64,000 bases of DNA, taken from the NCBI RefSeq assembly GCF_964204645.1, contig NC_134031.1, forward strand, positions 9,362,001 to 9,426,000, read 5' to 3'. The notes below the pieces were generated by a model. The model was not told where the DNA came from, ran no database searches, and saw only the letters and a list, made by a program, of their open reading frames with translations. Below are positions 19,845 through 33,481 of this stretch, one piece after another (the first letter of the stretch is position 1; each line of letters starts with the position of its first letter). Made by a program: the position numbers and the translations under genes. The stretch comes from Tubulanus polymorphus (lineage: Eukaryota; Animalia; Nemertea).

Positions 19845-22800
19845 CTTTAAAAATTTGTGTTCTAGTATAATATCCGAAGGTTTAACTATCGGACACATAA
19901 AAGATTCGCCATAATCAAAGTTTTTAAGAAAATCTTTCTTCGAGAAAGAAAGATCTTTAAAAGAACGATTGGCGTCAAACTAATCCATAATGGACAGTTG
20001 TGAATTTATTGAATAATCCACCTGAGAAATTTAAAGATTTCGAAGCGAAATTTATTCATATAAATCAAAAATGCATGAATAACTTGACGTTATTTGCGGG
20101 TCTCATGAAACACTTTCGTGCGCTCTTTTTAAATCTAAAATAGCATGAATACATGCCTGTTTCGTTGTAAACAAGGTTAAATTCCAAACGCACATGAAAT
20201 ATGGAGCCTGGATCACACGATATACAAATCTTGAATTTTCTCTAACTACGTAGGCCCTTTCCAAATGGGAATTGTTCAGTTTTTTAACGGCCGACATTCA
20301 GAGGCACCTAAAAAACCGGTTGTATAGCACTTGAGATTTTCAGTGTAGCGCACATCTCACATCGACTCGGCTCGCGGTCGGTGGTTTAATGGGAACACAT
20401 CTGGTTGTTACTAGTTTAACAGTTGACGAATTCAGAAAACTTTTTTCAAATGTTTTTAATAACTTTTTAAACATACTATTCTTCTTAATTACATTTCGCT
20501 GATTCCATAGATATTTTTTCATGAAAATTGCTCCAGTTATAACGGATTTAAACATACGTGTAAAATGATTATTTTCAAAATATTCTATTTTCTCCGATTT
20601 TGAAGAAATTCTGACACAATATCATCTCCATTCGACACATGATTTTACTTCGGCGCCTTTGAAGGGAGTGTCACTTGTTGTTGAGTTCATATTTAGTCAA
20701 ACAAGAAGATATGCCTGATTCCTTTTTAGAATTTAGATTTCGACGGATATCGAAGGACATGATTCCATAGGACCCATACCAGAGACATTTTGTTCAGACA
20801 AGGACTATTAGTTAAACACTTATCTTCATTTTCAGCAATTAACGATCTGGTGAATTAATTAGTGATTCGGTCTTTCGGTGGTTCGAGATAAAATGCCCGC
20901 AAAATAAGAACCTAACGAACCAGGGCTGACCACAAATTGCCCAACAGATAAATTTTCGAAACGACACAATCCAATCATGTTTGGTATCAAATGTGGCGTG
21001 GACCATGGTCTTTTAACTGACCAATGCATGACCAGTACTGACCATATAGTAAATTATTTGTTTGCAAACAATTAAGTTGTTTGGTGTCAAATAACTAGAT
21101 ATGATGTGGGCATTAATCTAAAAATTGTTTAACTGACCAATGCTTGACCAGTACAGACCAGTTACCAGTGCTAACCAGAACCCCCATAAGTAATTTATAT
21201 GTTTAGTGAATCCTTCGTTAGTACTACTAGCTCTTACATTTAAATTTGTCGCTTGAAAAAGTCTTGTCCGATTTTTGTTGTAGGTAGCGAGCTAACTTTG
21301 AAATTCCGCTAAAATGCATAAGATTTTTACGTAGGGTTTTGAACGAACAACGTTTCCATTTGTAATTGTAACGTGCGCATTTGAGCCTGTAACGTGCACA
21401 TTTCACTCGCGTGAACGTGCGTATCGGTACCAACATGCGAGACTTGTCAAACTTTTACGATCAAGACTTTTAAACTGAACAAAGAAGATATCATATCAGA
21501 TGGAATGATAATGTAGTAGTTTGGACTGTTTCGTAGCTGCTGTCCACTGACCACAGATAAAAGCTAATTGCCTGATATGAAATATATTTTTGTTATAGAG
21601 ATGTAGTAGATCAGTGAGAATTCAAACTTATGGTTAATTTTGAGTGATCACAACGCTAACCAATAGAGAAAGCTGTAAGGCCTAAGAAAAGATGCATTAA
21701 GTATAACATATCTTTCAATATAATGATGAAGTATTCAACTGGCCATCACAACAATAGTTTGACTTATCTTATTGAAAAATACCGGAGTGTTAATGGGAAA
21801 ACCTTGAATTCGAAACAATTCCACACTCAATCGTTTACTTTGAAAACACAATTTGCATTTTGTGGACATGTATTTTTTTCTGCACCAAAAGCATGAAGTA
21901 TATTATCTTTGCTTGTAAAAATTTGAAATTTTGGGGAAGATTTTTGGCCTCGTTAACCTGTGAACACGTCCTTCATAAATTTTCTAAGACCGACCCTTGA
22001 AATAATGCTGAGAGTTTCGAGGATAATTTTGGTAGGATGTAAACTTAGGCCGCTTCGTATCCGTGGATGGTTGCTAATTATTGATTCTATAAACAATAAT
22101 CATAAGTACCATGAGATTCGATAGAATATCGTTTTTCAATCATACGTACACGAATTATCGCGATATAAAGATAAATAATATGTTCATATACTTTTTAGGT
22201 CTTATAATGTATATTTCTTTAGTAGTATAAATAAAGAGTGGATCAGCAGGCCACCTGAGACCACTCCACGATCTAAGGTCAGTTGCCAAAAGTTAGTAAG
22301 TTTACCAGTGGATAGTTTACATTTATAATGACAATTAAATTTTCATTGCTAAAATAACTTTGTACTTGTTGACTCAAAAGCAGAGAATTGAAAATACGAT
22401 AATACGATACGAAAACTCAGTGTACAAATTCAAAAAGATTATCTCTAGTGAGGGATCGAACGTTGTGTCGTAATTTTCTAATGATAAAACATGGTTTGAA
22501 ATTTGAAATGTGTACATAGTTGATCTTTTTCAGTGTATTTAGTCATGTATCATATTGGATGATGGTTAATTTAAACTATCTTTTGAGAAACGGGTCCCAG
22601 AGCTGTATCCTTTACTCCTGTAATAGAGGATGCAATCTATTTGCGACAAACAGCTAGTGCAAATAGCTAGAAAAGGTAACAATAGTGCATTGGCAAACTT
22701 ACATTGGTTGTTTAGGTTTTTAGAAGGGGAGAATTTGTGGGAAAATTAATCATTACTGAGATATATCCGTGGCGAGCTTTTCCAGGGATTTAAAAAGTTG

Positions 22801-24751
22801 AGCTGTACACAAGGAATTTTGTGTAGTCCAATATCCGTGATTACCTCTGGCGTGGAGAGTTACAATCTAAAACCAACCCTAGAGTCAAATATTTTACCAC
22901 AATTTTTTATGATCAATAAAAAGATTGAGTAATAGACATTCAAACAGTATTATCTAAATTCCACTCCATTTTAAACTCATTCATCTCTACACAAACTTCA
23001 ACTTGTTGAACAGTCCACATTAAAATTAGGGACCACTATTCTTGCTCATCTACACTGGCTACCAATCTAACAAAGGATTAAATTTGAGTGTTTGATGTTA
23101 TAACAATACCAGTCTGAATTATGGATTCGGTTTCTACTTTTTAATTGAACATTTATATCACATATTGGGCATCATTTTTACCAGTATATATGGAATAACC
23201 TATCCATATATCACGTTCAATTTTATATAATCTGATTTTTGAGATGTCATTCAATCAATGCATTCACATGCGGTCGTTGCTTTCAATAGCCACCACGGAC
23301 TGGCACCTTATTATTTCTTTGGCGATACCATTGGCGGACGATCCCACGCGTTTCTTGCTCCAGCCCTAGAATGCTCAATGTTCGTCATGAACCCCGATTT
23401 GAATTTAAATTCAAAATACTCCTAAAACACACCTGTTAACTAGATTACTCTAAAACACCTTTATGTGCAAGAATCAGTGAAATTGGCGCTTTATCAGTTG
23501 TATTCATCATTCGTACCCACGAATCTCGTATCGTATCCTATGAATGTGGAGACCCATCCTCGTAAAGAGAACGAATAGGCTCTATTGCGTTCATATCATT
23601 TGATATGAGGCTACGTGTCATCTTCAATTGAAATCACGTTGTTTTTTTAAAGGGTGGGCGAGAATATATTCTTATGTTTTTGTTTCTCTGAATGTTGCTA
23701 TTTAAGAGTTCAATAATTTTAGTCTACCAAACAAAGGATTTTCCGTATGTTTCGTGACATGTTTTTCCATAACCCTAGGAGAGCATTTTAGGTATTTTTT
23801 TGCGGATGACCGAAAGCTGCTGTCCCTTTCTAGTAATTTGATGATATCCGTCGAAATCTAAATTCTAAAAAGGAATCAGGCATATCTTCTTGTTTGACTA
23901 AATATGAACTCAACAACAAGTGACACTCCCTTCAAAGGCGCCGAAGTAAAATCATGTGTCGAGTGGAGATGATATTGTGTCAGAATTTCTTCAAAATCGG
24001 AGAATATAGAATATTTTGAAAATAATCATTTTACACGTATGTTTAAATCCGTTATAACTGGAGCAATTTTCATGAAAAAATATCTATGGAATCAGCGAAA
24101 TGTAACTAAGAAGAATACTATGTTTAAAAAGTTATCAAAGACATTTGAAAAAAGTTTTCTGAATTCGTCAACTGTTAAACTAGTAACAACCAGATGTGTT
24201 CCCATTAAACCACCGACCGCGAGCCGAGTCGATGTGAGATGTGCCCTACACTGAAAATCTCAAGTGCTATACAACGGTTTTTTAGGTGCCTCTGAATGTC
24301 GGCCGTTAAAAAACTGAACAATTCCCATTTGGAAAGGGTCTACGTAGTTCGAGAAAATTCAAGATCTGTATATCGTGTGATACAGGCTCCATATTTCATG
24401 TGCGTTTGGAATTTAACCTTGTTTATAACGAAACACGCATGTATTTATGCTATTTTAGATTTAAAAAGAGCGCACGAAAGTGTTTCATGAGACCCGCAAA
24501 TAACGTCAAGTTATTCATGCATTTTTGATTTATATGAATAAATTTCGCTTCGAAATCTTTAAATTTCTCAGCAGGTGGATTATTCAATAAATTCACAACA
24601 GTCCATTATGGATTAGTTTGACGCCAATCGTTCTTTTAAAGATCTTTCTTTCTCGAAGAAAGATTTTCTTAAAAACTTTGATTATGGCGAATCTTTTATG
24701 TATCCGATAGTTAAACCTTCGGGTATTATACTAGAACACAAATTTTTAAAG
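19845..24751. repeat. ~907-bp near-perfect inverted repeat (19845-20751 / 23843-24751) with a ~3.1-kb spacer
   Basis: Mirror ORF pairs 20103/24296 and 20340/24039 are nearly identical. Both ends were checked by eye; no TSD seen. Confidence 0.9.
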
Positions 24752-25578
24752 ATATTCATAACATACTGAAGGATATCACAGTTTATACCCGAAGATATAT
24801 ATAGTTGGATAGATCTTTTTGTTTCGACTCGCATGCGACAGTAAAAACGGTACTTGATATAATAAGTGAACTTCATCATTGATATTTTCACTAATCTACT
24901 TGAATTCCAAAAAAGAACTGACAATGAAAAAGGGTTACAGCTGTGACTGATATCACTCCAAATTTCAATTCCTATGAACACTTTTCATATAAAGAAAACT
25001 ATTAACGAAACAGTTTTTAGAGGCGAAGAATCCGCGTTACCATCGAATTTTCATAACTTGAAGGAATGGTTAATGCCTCGGTGATCACTGGTCTAGTACG
25101 CGGTTTTCTGAAATGAAAGTGGCCAAGTCTAAAGAACAACTATTGTATCACATGATTTCAAATATTAGGAACCCAAATGCGTTTAATGATTTAATTAATT
25201 GGTATCGCGCAGATTGGTTGAAAGACGGGTGTTAGTCACCTTGTGATTTAATTGTTTTTCATGCATCGATTAATTAATCTTATTATAACTTATTTGTAGG
25301 CGCTTCCCGCAAACATTTTCTATTCGTTGAGTTTTCAAACGCAGTACTGTTCAGATGATTCGAGTCAAGTAGTAAAAAAGTTTATGTATTAGCATTACTA
25401 TGCAGTGAAAATAACGCACTGCGGCAAGTGAGGTGCTGTGATCCAGATGTGTAACCCATTTATGGGTAATAAATTTCCATCATGTCAACGCCATTCAAAA
25501 ACAGTAGCAAAACATTCTGCTGGTTTCTAGAAATAGCAATACGACGACAAGCACTTTCGAATTCGACCACGATATTTG

Positions 25579-26075
25579 AGAAGTTTCACTTGGGCAGTGG
25601 TGGTCAGTGATGGTCAATTTATGAATTTTAATGGCGAATCCTTTCTAGTTTCACACCAAATGCGGTACCGGTATATCGTTCTTTCAAGAAGTTGCAATTG
25701 GTCAGTGGTGGTCAGTGATGGTCAATTTATTAATTTTCAATGGCGAATCCTTTCTAGTTTCACATCAAATGCGGTACCGGTATATCGTTCTTTCAAGAAG
25801 TTTCAATTGGTCAGTGGTGGTCAGTGATGGTCAATTTATTAATTTTCAATGGCGAATCCTTTCTAGTTTCACATCTAATGCGGTACCGGTATATCGTTCT
25901 TTCAAGAAGTTTAAATTGGTCAGTGGTGGTCAGTGATGGTCAATTTATTAATTTTCAATGGCGAATCCTTTCTAGTTTGACACCATAACGCGGTATATCG
26001 TTTTCATATTCGAGAAGTTTGAATTGGTCATTGGTGGTCAGTGATGGTCAGTGATGAATTTGCAATGACGATTCC
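25579..26075 (+). repeat. ~109-bp tandem repeat, about 4.5 copies
   Basis: Unit AGAAGTTTCAATTGGTCAGTGGTGGTCAGTGATGGTCA...GCGGTACCGGTATATCG recurs at 25579, 25687, 25796 and 25905. Confidence 0.9.
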
Positions 26076-26845
26076 TTAGTAGTTTGAAAACAAACATTAC
26101 ATGATAAATTTCCAAAATTCGATGTCAAGTGTTCAGACTCGGGGATATCTCAATTGGTCAGTTACTGACCATCATGGTATCACCATTGTGGTCTATAGCT
26201 CAAATGAAACATGTGGAACCGACGAAGAGGCCCAAAAGCGTTAAGTCATTTCCTGGAGTGACGTGATCCAAAAATGCCCTAACTGGAAAAGGCAGTCTCT
26301 CAATTGGATGAAACCAAATTGGACAGGACAATTAAAATTTGGGAAGGTCACAGGAAGTGGTCTTTCTACGAAGCCCACGCGGTGAGCGTATTATTTGAAA
26401 TCTTTTTTTTTAACCACCATGTACCACGAAGTAATAAGCATCGTTGCAAGCACTTGAAACAGCCATTAACCACTTGAAACTGTCAGATCAAACATCATAC
26501 CGCGTCCCCGCAAAGAGGGGTGGTTCAGCAAACCGGAGTTTTCATTGGCCTCTCTTGACTACCCCGCCAGTACGGGTAGCCGAGCAAACCGGAAAACTCA
26601 TAATGGTTAACGGCAAAATACATAAGAATATTGGGACTCGAAACCGCTAGCATTGGAATCAACGTTTCATGTAAGAATTCTACATTTGTCCCGTGAGAGG
26701 ACCCATGTCCCGTCACAGGCCCGGGTCCTCTCCACGGGACGCTGCAGTTAAACTCATATGTGCAGAATTGTAGCTCATCAACTGAAGTGTTTTATCGCGG
26801 TGAGTTTTATAAATGTCTGAGTTGACTACCGGTGGTGTGTGCAGG

Positions 26846-28799
26846 CACAGGGGTTTGGCGATGGGCTTGGATTTTATTTCCGGGCTGTTGATAATCTCGC
26901 GAGAATGGTGCTAAATATGAACTGCGAATAAATTCAAAATATCACGGAAACACAGGGGCTCGTTACGATAGCTGGGGGTCCAAAATCAAAGATTTGACCC
27001 AGTATCCTAGGTACCACCTATAAAAAAAGAAAAGGGAGCTAACATTTTGACATACTAGAATTGACCTTCTCATTTCAATCGCTCATAACTTCGTAACCCA
27101 TCGACCGATTCGCTCGAAATTGGTTTCGCTTCATTCCTAAGAGGTTACTTTTTCGTTTGAGACCTTCCGCGACAAAATCGGATGAGAGACACTCGAGAAA
27201 TCACAACTCAAATCCGAAAAAACGAGTCAAAATAGCCAAAGCCGGAATTACTAGGACGTCTCGGAGTAGTCGATTCCCGACGAAAAACGATGAGTTGATG
27301 CGGTTCCCGGACGTTAATCTTCACATATCATACATCGCTGGAAAGCTTATGAACTGACCTTATTGAAAAATGCGTTTATTTGATAATCCGTTCCGAAACC
27401 GGCGACAAGCGAGGTGATAATACGCACCGAACCGATAGATACGCACTTTAAGCGTCACTGAACCGCCATTGAGGGTGTGACGTCACGGGCTCTGAGGACT
27501 GATAAATTCGCGATACATGATTGGTCGACTGAATATGTCAATTATCTAGCGTTGCATGCTGGGATTTCTCATGACGTCATGCAGTTAATGGCGGCCGGAA
27601 TACACTTGGAAATCGTATTTATCACATCAATCTGGATTATCAGCTCGCCAGTCGCGGGTATCGGAACGGATTATCAAATAAACGCGTCTTTCAATAAGGT
27701 CAGTTCATAAGCTTTCCAGCGATGTATGATATGTGAAGATTAACGTCCGGGAACCGCGTCAAATCATCGTTTTTCGTCGGAAATTGAGCACTTCAAGCCG
27801 TCCTAGTAATTCCGGCTTTGGATATTTTGACCCGTTTTTTCGGATTTGAGTCGTTATTTCTCGGGCGTCTCCAGTCCGATTTCATCGGGGAAGGTCTCAA
27901 ACGAAAAAGTCACCTCTTGGGAATGAAACGAATCTAATTTCGTGTAAATCGGTCGATCGGTCACGAAGTTATGAGGGGTTGAAATGAGAAGGTCAATTCT
28001 TGTATGTCAAAATGTTAGCTCCCTTTTCTTTTTTTATAGGTGGTACCTAGGATACTGGGTCAAATCTTTGATTTTGGACCCCCAGCTATCGTAACGAGCC
28101 CCTGTGCACGGAAATACCTTGTGTTTATATTGTTTATTTATCCGCTATAAAGTTCTGATAAACAATTGGTCGTTAAGGATCATTATCAGACGGTCGTCAC
28201 GCTTTACTATATAAAATCACAAGGGATGAAACGCAGTTCAAGTTGTGCCAGCCAGAAAGTTGGGACAGTCACGTGACTTAACGCTTCTTATTTGACTGAA
28301 CGCGAACCTGAAGCATATAAGATGGAAACTATGATACGAAAAATGTTTGAGAATAACTTACATTCAAATGCATTTTTTTACTATGAATTATATATTTCAT
28401 CATAATTTATTCTTTATAAGTTATTTATTTCATATGAATCATAATCTGACAATTGATATCGGTCTGTGAATATGTTAACTTTTCGTGTTGAAGTTTTAAA
28501 TGCGATGACATCATTAGAATGTCACGTGACTGTCCCAACTTTCTGGCTGAAAATTTAAGTACAGCGGAGGCCTGGCGTTTCATCCCTTGTGATTTTGTAT
28601 AGTAAAGCGTGACGACCGTCTGATAATGATTCTTAACAACCAATTGTTTATCGAAACTTTATAGCGGATAAATAAACAATATAAACACAAGGTATTTCCG
28701 TGATATTTTGAATTTATTCGCAGTTCATATTTAGCGCCATTCTCGCGAGATTATCAACAACCCGGAAATAATATCCAAGCCCATCGCCAAACCCCTGTG
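26846..28799. mobile_element. Fold-back MITE (outer) with CACAGGGG termini and 8-bp TSD TGTGCAGG; P- or hAT-like
   Basis: Long TIRs CACAGGGGTTTGGCGATGGGCTTGG / CCAAGCCCATCGCCAAACCCCTGTG. TSD at 26838-26845 and 28800-28807. Confidence 0.88.
26951..28106. mobile_element. Fold-back MITE (inner, nested) with CACAGGGG termini and 8-bp TSD CACGGAAA
   Basis: ~450-bp TIRs starting CACAGGGGCTCGTTACGATAGCTGGGGG. TSD at 26943-26950 and 28107-28114. Confidence 0.92.
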
Positions 28800-28959
28800 T
28801 GTGCAGGGTACGAATTTCAGAATTTGTCATCCACGCAAGTTACTTTCAGAATAGTCTGAATACCTAACACCGCCACCGGCAGTCGTAGTCTAATTAATTA
28901 GTACATAGACAGTAGTCTGAATCAGAATACCAGTCGTTGTTGGTTCCGTACAACGTCTG

Positions 28960-30810
28960 ACGCTACAGTATAGAGGTTAACTCCTGTTAATTGCAATGCA
29001 ACAACTGATTTTAGTGTCAAATCAAACCTTCGTTCTAAAATAAATAAATTAGTTACCTTGTTGACTTTGAAAACGTGTTTTATAATAAATTTTTTGATGG
29101 TTTAAATCGCGAACCGGGGAATTTATTGATTTGATTTGAATTGAAATGATTGCCACTATCTGGATTTCCAATACGGACTAAATGAATAAAGTGTGAAAAT
29201 TCAATATGTCTCTCTAAAATTACTCTAAATGTTATTTTTTGTTGATAAAACGCATAAATTTTGGTCAATTTTAACCTTAATAATTTGAAACAAGAATAAT
29301 ATCTGCATTGGCACCAAGTTTAAGTTCGAATCCGTAATTTACACTCCCATCATGCACCACGAAAAGCATCCTCCCTCTGCAGGGACTCGAACCTGATGGC
29401 ATCGCTACACTCAGCCACGGCACGTACCCCTGCACCAGTAGACCGGGTGCGCAGGTACATGCGCAGCGAAAACTGGCGGCACCAATCAGATTGCTCGTTG
29501 TATAATCGTTGAGGCAAATTTCAAGGAAGAACTATAAATGGGAAACCCGGGCTAAAAATAAAACGGGATTTCTGATTGGCTAAAAATCACATCATCTGAA
29601 CTGCGCATGTATCTGCGCACACGGTCGATTATGGCAGGGTTTCATGTCGTGGCAATCTCGATGCCATCAGGTTCGAATCCCTGCCCGGGGAGGATGCGCG
29701 AAAAGCCGCCATATTTGTTATGTTGCTTCACTTCAACTGTTTTTTGAGGCGACTAGTCAAAAGTTTTGAGCTACTAGGATCGTCAAAAGCTACTTAGGAT
29801 TACAAATTTATGCACAAACAATAGTTAACTTCCATCTGATTACAGAAAAGTCAGTTTGAGGTAAGTTGATGGTGTTTTAAAGGGTGAAATAGACGCTCAA
29901 AGCCTCGTCCCTCGAAATGAGGGACGAAAATTAACCTTATATGAGCACTTTCGCCCTAGACGTTGTTTCAGGAACAACGGCTAGGTATTAGACTAAGTAA
30001 GTACCTAGCCGTTGTTCCTCCTAGCTAGGGAGCCGTAACAACAACTGGTATTCAGACCACGGCAGTCGTTGTTACCGCCACCGGCACCACAGGGGCTCGT
30101 ATCAGAGTTGTAGGAAATGCGAAAAACGATAATACGACGTAAAATCGAAAAATTCGCGTTTGCAAAGCTGGAATATCGTATGGATCAACGAAACAACCGC
30201 AATATTTAGAAAATAAAGAATGTTTTGCGCATTTGAAGCCCTCGGTCATCAAAATCGGTGAAGGATTTCGCGTCGAACTCAACGTTTGAAATTTTGAAAT
30301 CGACGAAAACCGGTGTCATAGCATTTTCGGTCCAGGCGATTTCGGTCCGAATTTCACGTTCAAAGACATATTTTTCACGAACTATTCATTGAAAGTTAAC
30401 GGGACTAATTTCGTTATATGAGCACTTTCGCCCTAGACGTTGTTTCAGGAACAACGGCTAGGTACTAGACTAACGCTAAAGTAGCATAGAGGTTACTCCT
30501 GTTTATTGCAATGCAACAACTGATTTTGGAGTGTCAAATCAAACCTTTGTACTCAAATAAATTAGTTAGTTACATTGTTGACTTTGAAAACGTGTTTTAT
30601 AATAATATTTTTGATGATTTAAATCGCAAACCGGAGATTTATTGATTTGATTTGAATTGAATTGATTGCCACAATCGGGATTTCCATTACGGACTAAATT
30701 AATAAAATAAATTAATAAAAAGTGAAAATTCAATAGGCCTATGTCTCTCTAAAAATTTCACTAAATGTTATTTTTGTTGATAAAACGCATAAATTTTGGT
30801 CAATTTTAAC
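28960..30810 (+). repeat. Region with direct duplications (28960-29276 / 30474-30810 and 29937-29998 / 30415-30473)
   Basis: Repeated blocks TAGAGGTTA...GGTCAATTTTAACC and TTATATGAGCACTTTCGCCCTAGACG. Confidence 0.75.
29366..29697. mobile_element. Palindromic MITE-like element with tRNA T-arm-like sequence in its arms
   Basis: GCATCCTCCC...GGGACTCGAACCTGATGGCATCG vs CGATGCCATCAGGTTCGAATCCC...GGGAGGATGC. Flanked by ACGAAAA / GCGAAAA. Confidence 0.7.
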
Positions 30811-32137
30811 CCATGGTTCCTACAGCCCCTCAAATCCCTCAAAAACCCCTCAAATTCCAAAATCCATTTTTGAGGGTACAAAATCCCTCAAATTCTGAGT
30901 TTTAGCCTATGGCCCCTCAAAATCCCCTCAAATTCTGACAATTGTATCTCTCAGAGAATTTTGTATCACCTATTTCTAAAGTACCTTTCTTTAAACATTC
31001 TTTCTATGTACTGTAGGCTCCTACATCATGAATTGTGAGACAGAGTGAATTATGCATTGTGTTGTTTGATGATATCACAGCAGTTTTTCGAACAAAATTA
31101 TTGAACAAAAATAAGTCATTTCGGATTCTTAATATTTAATTAATTTTATTGACATTGGTTGACGTCTATGACGTCATGCCAATGCTAGTAAAATGGATCG
31201 AAAATAGTAGTACGAAAAAATAGCGCCGACTCTTCTCATTTTCATAGTAACTTCAAATTGTCACTCCGTTCACGTAAAACATTAGAAACAGCTGAAAATT
31301 ACTTTAAAAAAATGTTTCAATTATTCCCCACAACAAAGCGTCGCCAGATTTCTGATTTAATGGTCCAAAAAGTTATTCGATCGCATTTTTCTCGTTCATT
31401 ATCTGGTTGATGAGAGCGGGTTAAACAATCGCTTAGCGATATGTCCGCATTGACATTGGCAGTAAAGAATGGGGAACAGCCTCTTCTGAATAGAAAAACA
31501 TAAAATTATGTACCTCCGGTTTATAAATATCATAGTGTTTGGATATCACTGTTATTCCAACTATCAGTATCCATGGGATTATTTGGGATTAATTATCAGC
31601 GTCAGAATACGTATTTCTAGAGCAGTGGAACGGCAGCCTACTCGTGACTGAAACCTGTATGTGATCGTGCGGGAACGCCTTTACTAAAGTTAAAACCATT
31701 TCATGATGACACGAAACATCAAACGGTAAACGGTAGGCTACCACCATGATACGATATCACCAATAAAGATAGATCATTTTATTCAATTTTACCAGAGTTG
31801 TTTATTGGAGGAAAATATCATTGTTAAGTACGCCGCGAACAATCATGTTGTATCATCAATCAGTTGACTGACATTGTGAAATTCGATTCGGCTATATTCT
31901 AATATAAGTTGTCACTTAAGACGCCCTAGCCGCCTGCTGCGCACTGATAAGGCGGTGGAAACCCTCTTACGCACTCTGCAGTGATTCGCTTTGTAATGCG
32001 CGCCGGGAAAAAAATACCTTTTATTATCTTTTCCATGCGTTAAACAACAGTGATTGAATTAACGCGTTGTTTGTCGTAAATTGCAATATTGCGATGGTTA
32101 TTTGCCGCTGCTGTAGTTTTTTGGAATTGAATCGAGC

Positions 32138-32228
32138 GGCCTCGGTAGCTCAGTGAGATAAGGCGTGATGCTGTTGAATCCACTATCAATGCTGAGTGAC
32201 AAGTGGGTTCAAGTCCTGCTGGCTGCGA
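32138..32228 (+). mobile_element. tRNA-derived SINE-like head
   Basis: A-box-like GGTAGCTCAGTGAG and B-box-like GGTTCAAGTCC; no clean cloverleaf. Confidence 0.45.
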
Positions 32229-33481
32229 ACAGTGTGCGGGCAACACTTCGAAGGCCGTACCATCGTGAGGTTAAATGAACAATCCAATAGGAATAGCTTG
32301 GGAAACCAAGATCCAAACGACGTACGTAAAGCCAAACAAACAAAAAGACAAACAAACAATCATCAGCCGGCCTCAGTGACACCAACGCCGGCATCGCTCT
32401 CTGCGACGTTTTGCATGCGCACATACATCAGAGCTTTGAGCTCTAAGATCAGAGGGTCTTGCAATTGCATTCAGAAAAATCGTTCTGTTTTTAGCCCACT
32501 TGGGACTTTAGTCCCAGGGGCTATTGCGTTCACTTTTCGTCAGTCGTCCGTCCGTAGACGGAATCCAGTTATTTTGGGAAGTTTTGAAGACGCTTCAAGG
32601 TAATGTCTTGATATTTGGTTTATACATGTATCTACCCTAGACACATCTTCAGCCCAAAAACTGGCCCTATCAGAATCAAGATGGCCGACTGGCAGCCATT
32701 GTTGTTCGCCAAAATCAGCACTTTTTACACATTTTCGAAGTTTACGAGGGAAATTTTGAAGACGATATGATCAATTACCTTGATCTTTCGAATATATTTG
32801 AATCTACCAAGGGCCCATCAGCATAAGAAAAATTGGGTCCATCTGACTCAAGATGGCCGTCGTATGACCTTTTTAGTGCCCAAAAATGTCAATTTTGGCC
32901 AGAATTCTAGGTCCTGTAGCTTCCTACTGGTTTGCCATTTCTCATTGCAATTTGTGATGGGTATTCTTTGTAAAGGGATGTTTTATACCTGAGATAGCCA
33001 TCTTGGTGTCATTAGTACTCATTCGTAGGTGGGAAAAAGTTTTTCGACATTATATTGTTACCTAAGCATATTTTGTTACAACATTGAATTAGAAAGTTGT
33101 AGCGTATAACGTGTTCTATGATTGGGGTGAGTTTCAAGTTCATTGTTTTTTGTATATGGCCACCAGGGGGCGTTGAATAATACAATATCTTAGTATTTCT
33201 ATATTATATTTGTACCAATACATATTTTGTTACCGCAATCAATTGCAAAGTTGTAGCTCATGACATCATCTATGATTGTGGTGAGTTTTAAGGAAATTAG
33301 TTATTCTATATGGTCACAAAGGTCTATTTATCATAAATAGACCTTAAAGTCTGTGGTCCTCCCAATCAACATCGTCATAGAAGATTTGCCGGCAGATGTA
33401 AAACATTATAACCACTTAATTCCACAGTATAATCTACCAATGCTTCAAGGCCCATGGGCCTCTTGTTATCAATTTATTTTT

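Larger units (their letters stand above)
16915..19845 (+). mobile_element. Polinton copy 2: internally deleted and pseudogenised, ending at the TIR hairpin apex
   Basis: 16915-17050 encodes LLLKLEGITILSILTAVTMLFTTIGLAISNSLKSTPTPNKPDKPP, near-identical to the copy 1 487-aa gene. It then jumps to distal genes, integrase and ATPase. 19604-19845 matches the inner arm of the copy 1 TIR. Confidence 0.9.

Noticed and set aside
21230-23840. Coding capacity in the spacer of the large inverted repeat (transposase)
   Set aside because: I recognised no long ORF or motif by eye; a translated HMM search would be needed.
20103-24490. Duplicated small genes (64 and 71 aa)
   Set aside because: They are a by-product of the 907-bp inverted repeat and have no recognisable protein features.
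32138-32228. Functional tRNA gene
   Set aside because: A/B boxes are present but there is no convincing acceptor or anticodon stem; it is SINE-like.
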